Shown here piece by piece: positions 62,621 to 64,000 of a stretch of 64,000 bases of DNA. Location of the stretch: NCBI RefSeq assembly GCF_009914755.1, contig NC_060935.1; one strand, 5' to 3'. How positions within the stretch are numbered: position 1 is the stretch's first letter; each line of letters starts with the position of its first letter. The stretch is from the human T2T-CHM13v2.0 reference genome, Homo sapiens. A program made the position numbers and the translations under genes. The notes beneath the pieces are model-generated. The model was not told where the DNA came from. It saw nothing but the letters and a program-made list of their open reading frames with translations, and did not search any database.

Positions 62621-63539
62621 ACTTCCTTCACCTTGCGGAGGGCACAATTGCATGGAAAGCAGCTGCAGGGAGCCCACCCCACAGCGGAGGGCCAGGCCCG
62701 GGGAAGCTGGTGTACCCAGTTATTTTTGGCAGACGCCTAGACAGCGTCGACTGTGAGAGTTGCTTCTTCCTCCAGCGGCATCTTCCCCTGAACGCCCCAA
62801 GAACACTCCTACCCCTTCTGTCCTCCCCCACCCCCAACAAAGTCTTTGGTCTGGAGAAAGCCTGCTTCCTTCCGAACGCCCCCTCCCCAGGCCTTGGGGG
62901 CGGGGCGTGGACGCTCTGAACGCCCAGCCCAGCCCCTCCGAGGGGGGAGGGGAGGAGTAATTAACCAACTGACTTTGACCCTTGATCTGCAGACTCCCTG
63001 GCACCGCCCCAGGCCTTGTAGGAAAGTGGGGAAATGAGGGCAGCAGTGAGGGGCCCCGTGAGGGCTCTTGCTCAGTTTCCCTCCTGAATAAGCTGTTGGA
63101 GACAGTGTCCTGGTGAGGTCTTTGTGGCCTGACCTTCCAGGACCCAGTGGCCTGTGGCGCTGGCAGGATGTTTCACAGCTTAACCTGATCTCAAGGGGAC
63201 CCCTCTTCCACCGTTCCTTAAAACAAGGGAATGTGCCAGAAGACCCTGGTAACCCCAGTGGGGAAACTGAGGCAAAAAGGGAAGTGAGTGGCCTCCCCAC
63301 CTGAGGCAGATTAGGGTGTGGGCTCAGAATTCTGTGTATAGCTTCTTGCTTGGCCACACTCCCTGGTGAGCTGGCTGGTTCTCTACCTGGGGGTTGGTGG
63401 GGGCACGCAGAGGGCCAGAGCCCCCTCCCCGCTCCGCCCTCCGCCCTCCACCCTCACCTGTGTTTGACTTGCTGCTTAGCTGCTCCTTGGGATCTGATAA
63501 ACTGAACTTGGACCGTGGTAAAGGTGAGCTGAGCCCTGA

Positions 63540-64000
63540 GCCAGGCTCAGTGTGCTGTTATTTTTAGTTTTATTTCACATCCCAATCAGTAACAGATCAT
63601 GTGTTGATTTTTACAAAGGACAAAGAAATTCCGTTGGTTGAAATCATTGACTTCTTTTTGTCCTAGCTATTTTCTCTGCCACACTTCCAGTGGCCACAGT
63701 GGAAGTGGCAGGGGAGAGGTATGCCCCAGGGGCTTCCTGTCAGGTGCAGGAGAGGGCCTCTGGGTGGTCCAGGCCACCCGCTGGCACCATCCAGGTGAGG
63801 GAGACCTGCCGGCTTCTCTGTAGGCTCCTCCAGGATGTGTGGCGGGAGTCCAATCTCAAGGATGAAGGGAGAATTTGTCCTCATCCCCATGGCAAGGAGA
63901 GAATCCTGTGGGTCAAGTAAAGGGTAGAAGATAGAGAACTTAATTTTACCTCTGAAAGTCATGTGGCCCACTGGAGAGTTTTCCCACAGTTTTTGGCAAT
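63540..64000 (-). ncRNA. Possible 3' end of an antisense lncRNA in OVOL1 intron 1
   Basis: Minus-strand AATAAA at 63574-63569. I recall an OVOL1-AS1 annotation in this intron, but exons cannot be shown from sequence. Confidence 0.3.

Overview
Primate DNA, very likely human 11q13.1 (locus recognised from its gene content, not from a search). The first ~48 kb is almost all nested retroelements: two convergent HERV-V/MER66-like provirus relics, a KRT8 processed pseudogene inserted into the env of the first, MER52, MER21, MER57, LTR47, MLT2 and MST/MLT1 LTRs, old L1 fragments, dozens of Alus including an AluYa5, and a full-length SVA with a 20-nt 3' transduction. The right end holds the complete two-exon AP5B1 gene (minus strand, 878 aa) and, head-to-head about 6 kb away, the CpG-island promoter and exon 1 of OVOL1. 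I found no convincing new biological system. The best leads are LTR-derived poly(A) sites and inverted Alus in the AP5B1 3' UTR, a GRHL/ZEB/OVOL motif module with OVOL sites also in the AP5B1 promoter, an unidentified tail-less insert inside a MER21 LTR, and a deletion-inversion scar at ~9.3-9.9 kb. Repeat subfamily names are from memory of consensus sequences and need RepeatMasker/Dfam confirmation; many repeat boundaries are approximate.
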